This document shows, one piece after another, positions 8,632 to 18,021 of a stretch of DNA of 64,000 nt (within the stretch, counting starts at the first letter, position 1; each line of letters starts with the position of its first letter). The notes beneath the pieces are model-generated. The model worked only from the letters and a program-made list of their open reading frames with translations, had not been told where the DNA came from and did no database searches. The DNA comes from a virus (taxonomy: Duplodnaviria; Caudoviricetes). Made by a program: the position numbers and the translations under genes. The stretch is from positions 1-64,000 of IMG/VR virus record IMGVR_UViG_3300044694_000083; one strand, given 5' to 3'.

Positions 8632-9741
8632 ATGACCATTTCGATTTCTGTCGCGAGCGACGCTGGCATTGTCATTGAGAAGGACAAGGACGCGCGGCAG
8701 GATTACCGCCTGAAGCTCGCCGACTTCCTTGCGCCCGGTGATTCGCTGAATTCTGTCGTCTGGTCGACCGGACCGGATATGGCGATCACCGATAGCGACT
8801 TCCTTGGGACGGATATTGTGTTCTGGATTGAGCCGGGTGGCGAACCGCTGAAGTGGTACGCCCTTGTCGCCAATTACACATCGACGCAGGGCGCAGTGGC
8901 GCAGGTGGTGGTGCGCGTCTTCATCCGGGCGGATGCCGAGCTGATCTCGGACCTGGGATCGGCGCTGTTTCCGAACAAGTTCACGGCGGTGGCGCAGATG
9001 CAGCGCGATCGCCTGGTGCTGACTGCGCAGAATGCCTTGCCGAATGTCACGCTCAGTGCGTCGTACATCTGGGAGAAGCTGTCCGCTGCCGAGGCCGAGG
9101 TATCGCGCACACTGCGCGTGAAGCTGCAGCCGACCATGTTCTTCCCGGAGCCGCCGACGCAGGATCAGATCGACGCCTTGGGCACCATGCCGTGGGAGCT
9201 CGACGAAGGCTACGACTACGACCCGCTGATGTACGCCGAGGACCGCTGGGGCCTGTTTCAGACCCACAGCTCGCCGCTGATCGAGGTCAAGAGCGTGCGC
9301 TTCGCTTACCCGGCTCAAGGCAACAACGTGTTCGACATTCCGCAGGAGTGGCTGCAGCTCGACCGAAAGTATGGCCAGGTGCGCATCGTGCCGCTGTCGA
9401 CCAGCGCGGTCGCACAGTTGACGCCCATGCTCATGCAGCTGGTGGCCGTCGGCCGAGTCATCCCGAACATGGTGCGCATCACCTACGTGGCCGGCCTCAA
9501 GAACGCCGCTGCGGACTACCCAGAGCTCGTCGATGCCGTCAAGAAGATGGCGGTGCTGAAGATCCTCGAGGACGCCTTCCTGCCGCAGTCGGGTTCGATC
9601 TCGGCTGATGGCCTGTCGCAGTCCATGAGCCTCGACATGTCGAAGTACGAGGATTCCATCGACCGCATCCTGAACGGCGCGCCTGGTTCGAATGGTGGCC
9701 TGCGCACGGCGATCCACGGCCTGACCATGGGGGTGATGTGA
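8632..9741 (+). CDS. Head-tail adaptor with N-terminal fibre-adaptor-like domain
   Basis: N-terminal KDKDARQDY..L.DFL.PGD.L.S..W; C-terminal RITYVAGL...SISADGLSQS typical of adaptors. Confidence 0.65.
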   Translation: MTISISVASDAGIVIEKDKDARQDYRLKLADFLAPGDSLNSVVWSTGPDMAITDSDFLGTDIVFWIEPGGEPLKWYALVANYTSTQGAVAQVVVRVFIRADAELISDLGSALFPNKFTAVAQMQRDRLVLTAQNALPNVTLSASYIWEKLSAAEAEVSRTLRVKLQPTMFFPEPPTQDQIDALGTMPWELDEGYDYDPLMYAEDRWGLFQTHSSPLIEVKSVRFAYPAQGNNVFDIPQEWLQLDRKYGQVRIVPLSTSAVAQLTPMLMQLVAVGRVIPNMVRITYVAGLKNAAADYPELVDAVKKMAVLKILEDAFLPQSGSISADGLSQSMSLDMSKYEDSIDRILNGAPGSNGGLRTAIHGLTMGVM

Positions 9742-10385
9742 TGCGGTTGAATCCGGCAGCGTTCGATCGACACCTGACGCAAATCGGGCAGGATTTCCTG
9801 TGGCGACGCGCCTTCACCTGCCCGTGTCGAGACCCGCACTCCGGCGGCGGCAAGCCGACCTGCAAGCGCTGTGCCGGCGTCGGCGTGTTCTGGAGCGATC
9901 CGGTGCCGGCGACGGCCGGCGTCGCGAGCCAGGGCGTGGTCAAGCAGTTTGCTCAGTTCGGGCAGTGGGAGTCCGGCGATGCGGTGTTCTCGATCCCGCA
10001 GAGCTCGCCCATGTTCGAGGCCGGGCGCTGGGATCGGATGCTCATGCTCAACAGCACGGACGGCTTCTCGCTGCCACTGGTGCGCGGCGCGCGCAACGAG
10101 CGGGTGAAGCTGCCCGTCGAGAAGTTCGAGCGGGTGTTCTGGCTGGCGACGGATGGCTTCACGATCGTCGAGGGCGACCTGCCGACGGTCGACGACGCTG
10201 GCGTGCTGACGTGGTTGGCCGGAGCGCCGCCAGAGGGCGCGCAGTACACGATCACCGGCACCCGGTTCACGGAGTACTTCGTCAACGACATGCTGCCGTC
10301 CGACCGTGGCGAGCATCACGGCGCGCGGTTGCCGAAACGCGTGCAGGCGCGGCGGTTCGATCTATGGGGTCGATCCAGTAATTAG
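9738..10385 (+). CDS. Head closure / neck protein
   Basis: CPC...CxxCxGxG motif; position after the adaptor. Confidence 0.6.
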   Translation: MMRLNPAAFDRHLTQIGQDFLWRRAFTCPCRDPHSGGGKPTCKRCAGVGVFWSDPVPATAGVASQGVVKQFAQFGQWESGDAVFSIPQSSPMFEAGRWDRMLMLNSTDGFSLPLVRGARNERVKLPVEKFERVFWLATDGFTIVEGDLPTVDDAGVLTWLAGAPPEGAQYTITGTRFTEYFVNDMLPSDRGEHHGARLPKRVQARRFDLWGRSSN

Positions 10386-11188
10386 GACAGGTCGCGCTTG
10401 ACGGCCTCGCTGAAGGCCTTTTCGGCGAGCGGCTGCAGCCTGGTGGTCACACCCTGGACCAGGTGCAGGCCGGCGCGCGGCGGGATGACCCAGCCGGGGG
10501 CTCCTTCGACCATGACGCGGAACGTAAGGTACTGGCTCGATTTCGCCTTGCCGCTCGATGTGTCGAACCGGTACATACCCTGGTGCTTCTTCTGTGCGTT
10601 CGGTGCCGCCATGAACTGGGCCTCGTCGCGGAAATCGAGCTGTCCACCCCATGCATACTTGCGCGAGGCGACCGTGATCGGCTTGCGCGTCTTGATGTCC
10701 ATGGCGCCGGTACCAGACAGGCGACGGCCACGGCCAACGACACGCGATGGCGCCAGGTTCTTTGCGAGCTCGTACACGTCGGCCGGCATGGACTGCCCGA
10801 TCGCGTCCGCTCCGGGAACTTGATGCCGGAATGGGATGATCAGATAGCGCTTCCCGCTCTTTGCCGTCCGGACCTTCAGGGATGTGTCGAGCATCCTTTT
10901 TAGGTCGCGCGCGGGCCGCCCCTCGTCGATTTCCTGGGCGTATTTGTAATCGCTCGAGACCTCGGCCGAGAACGCGCCGGTCATCTTCCACGTGATCGAT
11001 TCACCATACGGCACCTTCTCGCCGGTCCAGAGCTTGGCGCGCGCGACCGCCTCCTTCCAGTCGATCGTCGCCTGCTGGGCGACCGCGCTGACAGCCTGGT
11101 TGAGGCGCGGGAAGATGGACGCGTCAATGATGCCGCGCGCCTGCCCCACCACGCTGGAGAGGTCGACCTTGATCGATAATTGAGCCAT
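10382..11188 (-). CDS. Tail completion / neck-1-like virion morphogenesis protein (reverse strand)
   Basis: TGxxxxYxxSI...YAxxIxEG motif; 268 aa; has its own promoter motif. Confidence 0.6.
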   Translation of the reverse strand: MAQLSIKVDLSSVVGQARGIIDASIFPRLNQAVSAVAQQATIDWKEAVARAKLWTGEKVPYGESITWKMTGAFSAEVSSDYKYAQEIDEGRPARDLKRMLDTSLKVRTAKSGKRYLIIPFRHQVPGADAIGQSMPADVYELAKNLAPSRVVGRGRRLSGTGAMDIKTRKPITVASRKYAWGGQLDFRDEAQFMAAPNAQKKHQGMYRFDTSSGKAKSSQYLTFRVMVEGAPGWVIPPRAGLHLVQGVTTRLQPLAEKAFSEAVKRDLS

Positions 11189-11194
11189 GGCCAG

Positions 11195-11231
11195 AGCATA
11201 CCATCACGCGTGATCGTCGTGACAGCATCAT
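11195..11231. promoter_or_regulatory. Divergent pair of phage promoter motifs
   Basis: (-) CGCGTGAT GG TATGCT at 11210-11195; (+) GTCGTGAC AG CATCAT at 11216-11231; palindrome ATCACGCGTGAT at 11203-11214. Confidence 0.7.
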
Positions 11232-11237
11232 GGCGTC

Positions 11238-12059
11238 ATGATCTCGCTCATCCAACCAGTCTCGGCCGGCAACGCGCTCAGGGTTTTCCTTGTGCCGCCG
11301 GCTGGCGCGGTTCAGTGGCGGCTGCTGCGCAAGGTGGCAGATACTTTCGCTGGCGAAGATGATCCGGAGGCGCTACTGGTTTATGAAGGAGCGGACAAGA
11401 TCACGCTCGACATCCTCCAGTTGGTCAACGGACGCAAGTACTACTATCGGCCGTACTATCTGGTGGATGACGCCTGGGTGCCGGGCGATACTGCGTCGGC
11501 CGTCCCGAACGCGATCTACGAGGAGCTCGGCGGCGACGTGCTGTCGCTCGTTCGCGACCGTCTCGACCTCGGCCTCCAGGTGGAGGTCGAGCGCGAAACG
11601 CTGCGCCATGCTGAGGATTACATCCCGGTCCTGACGGCGCCGCCCATCTACGAAGATACCGTTTTCCCGGTCGTCACCGTCCACCTGAGCAATGAGCAGC
11701 CGGCCGAGCGGACCGTTGGCGAGACAGTCGAGGTGGACGATTTCGACGCCGGACAGTGGACGGAGAAGGAGGGCTGGCTGGCGCGCACGCAGCTGACCAT
11801 CATGGGCTGGTCGATCAACCCGGACGAGAGGATCGCCCTGCGTCGCGCGCTGCGCCGCATCGTCCAGACCAATCTCCCAATCTTCGATTTCGCCGGCATG
11901 GTCGAAATCGAATTTTCGCAGCAGGACACGGAAGACTTCGCCAGTTACGCGGTGCCTGTCTACCAGGTTCTGTGCACGTTCTCGTGTTCCGCACCTGCGC
12001 AAGTGGGCGCGAAAGTCGGGGCGATCAAAGAAGTCATCACAACTATCGAGGGTATTTAA
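11238..12059 (+). CDS. Tail terminator-like protein with N-terminal FN3-like domain
   Basis: LVNGRKYYYRPY motif; position before the sheath gene. Confidence 0.55.
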   Translation: MISLIQPVSAGNALRVFLVPPAGAVQWRLLRKVADTFAGEDDPEALLVYEGADKITLDILQLVNGRKYYYRPYYLVDDAWVPGDTASAVPNAIYEELGGDVLSLVRDRLDLGLQVEVERETLRHAEDYIPVLTAPPIYEDTVFPVVTVHLSNEQPAERTVGETVEVDDFDAGQWTEKEGWLARTQLTIMGWSINPDERIALRRALRRIVQTNLPIFDFAGMVEIEFSQQDTEDFASYAVPVYQVLCTFSCSAPAQVGAKVGAIKEVITTIEGI

Positions 12060-12259
12060 TGGAATCGAACAACGACACCCCGGTGGCAGCGCCCGAAGAA
12101 CAGACGCTCGTGGAGTTTTGCGCGCGCCTGTCGAAGACGGACAAGCGCGTCGAGCTGATCGGCGCCTTCCACCACTCCGAAGTGGCGGCCGGCCGCGTCA
12201 AGGACCTGGAGAGCGAGTTCCAATCTCGCTTCACCGCTTTCATCAACAAGCCTGTCTAA
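12059..12259 (+). CDS. Small hypothetical protein preceding the sheath (66 aa)
   Basis: TAATG overlap, GAGG RBS; real start lies within ORF 11756..12259. Confidence 0.65.
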   Translation: MESNNDTPVAAPEEQTLVEFCARLSKTDKRVELIGAFHHSEVAAGRVKDLESEFQSRFTAFINKPV

Positions 12260-12268
12260 GGATCCGGC

Positions 12269-13984
12269 ATGAGCGTATTTTTCAATGGGCGCCTGTGGAC
12301 TTCGCCCGCCACCATGTCGGTCGTCGACGACAGCGCAATGAACAACAAGAACCTGACCGTGGGCAACGTTGTTGCGCTCGTCGGTCGGTCCGCCGGCGGC
12401 CAGCCGAATACGGCGCTGCGTTTCGGTTCGCCCGACCAGGCGGTGGCCACGCTGCGCGATGGCGAGCTGCTGACCGCAGTGCTGAAGGCCTTCGATCCAA
12501 GCTCCCAGACGAACGGCCCGTCCGAGGTTGTCGCCGTGCGCGTGAACCCGGCCGTCCAGGCATCGCTCACCCTGCTGGACGTCTCGAGCTCGCCCGCGAT
12601 CGACCTGGTGTCGACCGACTACGGCCTGTACACCAACCAGATCAAGGTCAAGGTGGAGGCGGGAACCACGACCGGCCTGAAGCTGACGACCCAGTTCGGG
12701 AACGACTTTTACACCGACGACAATATCGCCAGGAATGCGTTCAGCGTGCAGTATAGCGGCGCTGCCGTGACCGCGACCATGTCGATCACCGGCAACAGCC
12801 TGGTTCTGCAAGCGCCTTCTGGCAGCACGGTTGCGACCGTGGACCTGAACGCATTCCCGACCGTTCAGCAGGTGGTCGACAAGATCAATTCGGTTTCCGG
12901 GTTCGCTGCATCGGTCCTGGACGGCAACGCGACCAAGCCGACCCTGAACGGACTGGACTACGTGACGGCCGTCGACGTCAAGACCGCCGTTTACACGGTC
13001 ACTGCAAACCTGCAGGCTGCCGTCGACTGGTTCAACGGCATCGGCGAGGGCTTCATCACCGCCACGCGCTCGGACAACGCCGGCAAGGTTCCTGTCTCGC
13101 TCGGGTTCACCTACCTGGCCGGCGGCTCGGATGGCAACGTGACGATGAACGAATGGAGCGCAGCCTACACCACGCTGCAGTCCGTCGACGTGCAGTGGGT
13201 GACGCCGATCTCGTCGGATTCGGCTATCCACGCAATGAACGACACGCACTGCACGTTCATGTCGAACGTGGCGCGCATGGAGCGCCGAGGCATCGTCGGC
13301 GCGGCGCCGGGGACCAGCGATTCCGCGGCTCTGACCGCCGCGAAGGCACTGAACAGTGACCGTACCTCGCTGGTGCATCTGGGCTTCTACGACTATGACG
13401 CGAGCGGCGCCCTGGTGCTGCAGCCGCCGTACATCCTGGCCGCGTTGCTGGCCGGCGCCTTCTCGGGCGTGAACCCGGGAACGGCCCTGACCAACAAGGC
13501 CATCAAGGTGCGTGGCCTGGAGCGCAAGCTGCGCAACCCGACCGACACCGATCAGCTGATCAAGGGCGGCGTGCTGTGCGTCGAGGAGACCAACACGGGC
13601 TTCAAGGTCGTGCAGTCGATCACCACCTGGCTGATCAACGACAACTACAACCGGGTCGAGGTGTCGTGCGGCGTCGCGGTCGACTTCGTGGCGCGCAACG
13701 TGCGTGAGGCGCTGGACGTCCTGCGCGGCGAGAAGGGCTCGCCGATTGTGCTGTCGCGCGCCGCCAGCATCACCGAGTCGACGTTGCGCGAGCTCGCAAG
13801 GCCGGAGCCGCAAGGCCCGGGCGTGATCGTCGGCGACAAGGCCAGCCCGGCATACCGGAACATCTCCGCCAGCCTGGACGGCGACGTCCTGCGCGTGCAA
13901 TTCGAGTGCTCGCCCGTGATCCCGGTCAACTTCATCCCGGTGACCATCTTCGCCGTGCCGTACAGCGGCTCGGTGACCATCTAA
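12269..13984 (+). CDS. Tail sheath protein
   Basis: 571 aa; LAGGSDG, TNK...LIKGGV...QSITT, PVIPVNFI motifs. Confidence 0.9.
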   Translation: MSVFFNGRLWTSPATMSVVDDSAMNNKNLTVGNVVALVGRSAGGQPNTALRFGSPDQAVATLRDGELLTAVLKAFDPSSQTNGPSEVVAVRVNPAVQASLTLLDVSSSPAIDLVSTDYGLYTNQIKVKVEAGTTTGLKLTTQFGNDFYTDDNIARNAFSVQYSGAAVTATMSITGNSLVLQAPSGSTVATVDLNAFPTVQQVVDKINSVSGFAASVLDGNATKPTLNGLDYVTAVDVKTAVYTVTANLQAAVDWFNGIGEGFITATRSDNAGKVPVSLGFTYLAGGSDGNVTMNEWSAAYTTLQSVDVQWVTPISSDSAIHAMNDTHCTFMSNVARMERRGIVGAAPGTSDSAALTAAKALNSDRTSLVHLGFYDYDASGALVLQPPYILAALLAGAFSGVNPGTALTNKAIKVRGLERKLRNPTDTDQLIKGGVLCVEETNTGFKVVQSITTWLINDNYNRVEVSCGVAVDFVARNVREALDVLRGEKGSPIVLSRAASITESTLRELARPEPQGPGVIVGDKASPAYRNISASLDGDVLRVQFECSPVIPVNFIPVTIFAVPYSGSVTI

Positions 13985-13994
13985 GGAGCGATAA

Positions 13995-14420
13995 ATGGCA
14001 AAGGTAAATCAAAACGTTCGCTCCGGTAACCGGATCGTCATCCAGCTCGACGGCCAGAACGTCGGCCTGATCCAGTCCGTGCGTATGTCGGACGACTATG
14101 CGCCGGACGCCGCGTCTGGCGTCGGCGACATCCACGTTCAGGAGCACGTGCCGACAGTCGCGCGCCACAGCGTGTCGGTCCAGACCATGGTCATGAAGCG
14201 TGCCACGCTGCGCCAGCTCGGCATCGCGTCCGAGAACGGCGACGACGCGCTGCAGGGCCGCGTGTTCGACATCGTCTCCTACGACAAGGATACCGGCGAG
14301 GTGCTGCGCAAATATGTGGGCTGCACCTACGCCTCGGGCGAACTCGAGGTGACCAAGCACGCGATCGTCATGTCGTCCGGCACCTTCATGGCGCTGGACG
14401 TGTCCGGCACTGCGGCGTAA
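13995..14420 (+). CDS. Tail tube protein
   Basis: 141 aa directly after the sheath; AGGAG RBS. Confidence 0.8.
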   Translation: MAKVNQNVRSGNRIVIQLDGQNVGLIQSVRMSDDYAPDAASGVGDIHVQEHVPTVARHSVSVQTMVMKRATLRQLGIASENGDDALQGRVFDIVSYDKDTGEVLRKYVGCTYASGELEVTKHAIVMSSGTFMALDVSGTAA

Positions 14421-14439
14421 CACCCCGCACGCTCCGGCC

Positions 14440-14468
14440 AGGCCCGCCATGTGCGGGCCTTTTCTTTT
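14440..14468 (+). terminator. Rho-independent terminator
   Basis: AGGCCCGC-catgt-GCGGGCCT followed by TTTCTTTT. Confidence 0.85.
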
Positions 14469-14484
14469 GTCGTGACCGTATCCT
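14469..14484 (+). promoter_or_regulatory. Phage promoter motif
   Basis: GTCGTGAC CG TATCCT immediately after the terminator. Confidence 0.7.
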
Positions 14485-14514
14485 CGTAAGCATGCCCTCC
14501 AAACTCTCTCAAGG

Positions 14515-14925
14515 ATGACCATGGCCCGTTCCTCTGCTGCAACCGACTTCTTCGTTGACGTTCCGAACGTCGGCGCCTTCTCGTTCGCAAAACGCACCCT
14601 GCGCGATGAGCTCCGCATCGCCGCCGAGTACTCGCGCCTGACGGAGGGTGTCGAGACGCCGACCGAGTGGCTGCAAATGGTGGGTGGCTGGATCGCGGCG
14701 CTGACCGTTCTGACGGTGTCGGCGCCGGCCGGATGGAACATCGAGACGATGGATCCGCTGGACCCGGAAACCTACGGCAAGCTCGCGGCGGTGCACATGG
14801 CACTACGCGAAAAGGAGCAGTCCTTTCGCAGCGGAGCTGCCAAAGCGGGCGAAGCGGCTCGGCCGGGAGATGTCCAGGTCGATCGAGTTCTGGTTCCGGC
14901 GCAAGTACAACCTGGCGCCGACTGA
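14515..14925 (+). CDS. Tail assembly chaperone (G-like)
   Basis: Between tube and tape measure genes; overlapped by a +1-frame ORF. Confidence 0.75.
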   Translation: MTMARSSAATDFFVDVPNVGAFSFAKRTLRDELRIAAEYSRLTEGVETPTEWLQMVGGWIAALTVLTVSAPAGWNIETMDPLDPETYGKLAAVHMALREKEQSFRSGAAKAGEAARPGDVQVDRVLVPAQVQPGAD

Positions 14926-15118
14926 CCCGCGTTTTCTGGACGCGACGCCCGAACAGATGCATGCGGAGTACTGGGCGCATGAGTACGCGAACAAGCCGCC
15001 AGGCGAGGAATTCGAGGACGACGATTTCGATCTCGATGACGTCCTGAAGCAGATGGAAGAACCCGGCCCCATTCCTGGGGGCCTTGATGACCCAGATGAC
15101 TGGGGCGAGCCGATATGA
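14870..15118 (+). CDS. Tail assembly chaperone extension (T-like), probably reached by +1 frameshift
   Basis: FWFRRKYNLAPTDPRFL; frame is open back past TCC TTT CGC at 14821-14829. Confidence 0.7.
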   Translation: MSRSIEFWFRRKYNLAPTDPRFLDATPEQMHAEYWAHEYANKPPGEEFEDDDFDLDDVLKQMEEPGPIPGGLDDPDDWGEPI

Positions 15119-18021
15119 CCGGAATCAAGATCCCTGTCAGCGCTGATTTCGACGGCGCCGACATCGAGAAAACCATTGCGAAGCTGAACGAGCAGATGAA
15201 CCGGCTCGCGCAGACGGTCGCGACGGCGAACAAGATGAAGTTCACGCCGGTGACGCAGGGGTCGGTAAATGAGCTCAAGCAGGTCGAGGACCGCTTCAAG
15301 GAGCTGCTGAAGATTTCCGGCGCGCTGCGCGATCGCGTGAAGGCGACCGGGCAGGGCGGCCTTGGCTTCGGCGCTGTTGACTGGAACCGCCTGTACGACG
15401 ATCCAACGATCCGGCAGCGCAAGTTGCTGCAGGCGTTCCAGCACGTCACGGCCGGTACCTCGTACGGCCTTCAGGCGGTTCCGACAGCCCCGGCGCCGAG
15501 CGGAACGAAACCGGGCGCGCAGCCGGCCGCACCGTCTAACCCGGCCGCACCGCCGGCTCCTGCAGGACCTGGACTGGGGTCGACTTTGGGCGGGATCGCT
15601 GGCGCCGGCCTGCGCGCGACGGGGCCGGTCGGCGGTGTTGTGGCGAACGCGGCCAGTGCCGGCATGTCTGGCGGGTTCTCCGCCGGCTTGCTGGGCCTCT
15701 TCGGCGGCCTGGCGGCGCTGGGCATCGGCAAGGGCATCGGCGCCATCAAGGACAAGGTCGACGCCGCCGGCCAGGAGGGCGTCGGCTACGATACGCTGAA
15801 GCGCACGCTGGGCGACGTGAACGTCAGCTTCAGCCTGCTGCGCGAGTCGCTGCGCGCCGCGTCCTACGATATCGACACCACGTTCGAACAGACCCAGAAG
15901 CTGGGAACCGACTTCGCCAAGCTGTCGGGCATGACGCGCGAGCAGTACAAGACGCTGGCCGAGGAGGTTTCCGTCGGCGGTGGCTTCGGCCGCAGCTTCG
16001 GTATGGACCCGGAACAGTCGAACGCCTTCTTCGCGCAGATGCGTCAGTTCCAGGTCACGGCGAACGTCAACGAGAGCAAGCGCCTGGCCCTGATGATCGG
16101 CGAGGCAGTTGGGAAGACCGGCCAGTTCGGCAAGATGGACGAGGTCCTGCAGGCGATTTCCGGATTCGCCGCCTCGCAGACCCGCAACAGCCTGGCCAGC
16201 GCCAACGTCCAGGGCTACGCCGGCCAGTTGGCTGGCTTCATGGCGTCGCGCGTGCCGGGGCTGGATGCGCAGGGATCGGCGGCCATCCTCGGGCGCGTCA
16301 ACGGAGCGATCATGGGCGGCGGTGCTATCGGTGAGGCCGGCCAGAATTATCTCTTCAGCGCGCTAGGACGGCGGCTGGGTCTCAACCCGGTCCAGGTTGC
16401 GCTGTTGCAGCAGCAGGGCGCGTTCGGCACCGGCCGCATGGCTTTCGGTGCCGGCTCGCTGTTTTCCCAGTTCTCGAAGAAGTTCGGGGGCGGCGTCTCC
16501 GGCGCGGCCGCGACATCGGACGATACGAACCTGTCGACGATCCTGTCCAAGATCCAGCGCGACTACGGTAATAACCCGAGCCTGATGCTCAACGCTACGG
16601 CGCGCCTGCTCGGCGTGAACGAGAACCAGGCCATGGCGCTGCACACGATCGGCCCGCAGTCGCTGGGCGGCATGACGGATCGCATGGGGCGCCTGGGCCT
16701 GGACCTGGGCCAGCTGTCGGCCACCGGCATCTCGGCTCTGTCCAACATCGAGACTGGCGACCGCGGCGCGCTGCTGAGTCAGGCCGACGCCCTGCGAAAG
16801 AGCCGTAAGGCGCTCTCCGTCGACGAGAACAAGCGCTTGCAGGCCGCCATCGACGGCGGCGACACCGAGAAGCTGCGCGACATCCTGACCGAGCTCACCT
16901 ATTCGCGCGAGCAGGAGCAGACTGACGGCAGCAAGACCCGCGAATCGATCAACCAGGTCGACAAGACCATCCAGGAGATGGCCTCCAAGCTGGTGCCGCT
17001 CATGACCGACATGCGCTACGGCATCGTGCACATGGCCGGACACGGCAAGTTGGGAGCAATCGGCATCCAAGAGGCGGTAATGCGCACCGAGGCGCAGGAG
17101 CGCATCGGCAACCATGCTGCCAAGAATTCGGCTGACATCGAGGAACAGCGATCGCTGGTCAGGTCGATCGGCGAGGAGGGCGGCCCGGGCGAGCTCGGCA
17201 AGCTGCGTGAGGACTATCGCAAGAAGATCCTCGAGGCCGGAACGCCTGAAGGCGCGGATGCCTTTCGCAAGGAGTACGTGCAGAAGCGTGATGAGCTGCT
17301 GGCCAAAAAGCGTGCGGCGCAAATGCGGATACTCGAGCTGGTCAAAGAGAGCTCCGATTTCGAGGAGAAAGAGAAGGCGCGGCTTGAGGAGGACGTCAAG
17401 CAGTTGAAGATCAACGCGGCCACAGCCGGCACGAGTTCGACCCCGCCGGCCGACCCGAATGCCTCATCCCTGAAGGACCCGCAAAACGTCATGCATGAGC
17501 TGGCGCGTACGGACCGCGAGCTTGGGCTGTCGCCTGGCACGTCCGCGGCGCAGATCAGCAAGGAGAGCCGGTTCAATCCGAGCGCCTACAACAAGAAGAG
17601 CGGCGCCATGGGCCTGGCGCAAGTCATGCCCAAGACCCTGGCAGCGATCGAGCAGCGCCTCGGCCGCAAGCTGGACCCGTACAACGAGAATGATGCAGTG
17701 ATCATCCACCGCGAGGTCATGCGCGAGAACAAGGACCGGTTTAAGACCGATGCTGCGGCGTTGGCCGCGTATAACGGTGGCTGGGACTCGTCGAAGTGGG
17801 GCAACCCGGAGACGACCGATTACGTGGCCACCATCACGCAGAACCGCGGCCACTTCGCCTCGCCGATGCCCGAAGGCGCACGCACGGCGCCCGCGCAGCA
17901 GCAAACCCAGAATATCAACCTGTCCGGAGAATTCACGATGGTGAACGGCGCCGGCCAGCGCATCGCCGACCCGCTGCAGATCAAGAAGCGCGTCATGCTG
18001 CCTGTGGCGTCCGGGGGATGA
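15115..18021 (+). CDS. Tape measure protein with C-terminal lytic transglycosylase (SLT) domain
   Basis: 968 aa, Ala/Gly-rich helical; ESRFNP..GAMGLAQVMP..AAYNGG. Confidence 0.85.
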   Translation: MTGIKIPVSADFDGADIEKTIAKLNEQMNRLAQTVATANKMKFTPVTQGSVNELKQVEDRFKELLKISGALRDRVKATGQGGLGFGAVDWNRLYDDPTIRQRKLLQAFQHVTAGTSYGLQAVPTAPAPSGTKPGAQPAAPSNPAAPPAPAGPGLGSTLGGIAGAGLRATGPVGGVVANAASAGMSGGFSAGLLGLFGGLAALGIGKGIGAIKDKVDAAGQEGVGYDTLKRTLGDVNVSFSLLRESLRAASYDIDTTFEQTQKLGTDFAKLSGMTREQYKTLAEEVSVGGGFGRSFGMDPEQSNAFFAQMRQFQVTANVNESKRLALMIGEAVGKTGQFGKMDEVLQAISGFAASQTRNSLASANVQGYAGQLAGFMASRVPGLDAQGSAAILGRVNGAIMGGGAIGEAGQNYLFSALGRRLGLNPVQVALLQQQGAFGTGRMAFGAGSLFSQFSKKFGGGVSGAAATSDDTNLSTILSKIQRDYGNNPSLMLNATARLLGVNENQAMALHTIGPQSLGGMTDRMGRLGLDLGQLSATGISALSNIETGDRGALLSQADALRKSRKALSVDENKRLQAAIDGGDTEKLRDILTELTYSREQEQTDGSKTRESINQVDKTIQEMASKLVPLMTDMRYGIVHMAGHGKLGAIGIQEAVMRTEAQERIGNHAAKNSADIEEQRSLVRSIGEEGGPGELGKLREDYRKKILEAGTPEGADAFRKEYVQKRDELLAKKRAAQMRILELVKESSDFEEKEKARLEEDVKQLKINAATAGTSSTPPADPNASSLKDPQNVMHELARTDRELGLSPGTSAAQISKESRFNPSAYNKKSGAMGLAQVMPKTLAAIEQRLGRKLDPYNENDAVIIHREVMRENKDRFKTDAAALAAYNGGWDSSKWGNPETTDYVATITQNRGHFASPMPEGARTAPAQQQTQNINLSGEFTMVNGAGQRIADPLQIKKRVMLPVASGG

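Noticed and set aside
12056-13900. 614-aa minus-strand ORF
   Set aside because: Antisense shadow of the tail sheath gene.
14492-14518. Leaderless 8-codon uORF coupled to the chaperone start
   Set aside because: An ordinary AAGGA RBS with ATG 14521 explains initiation equally well; too short to support.
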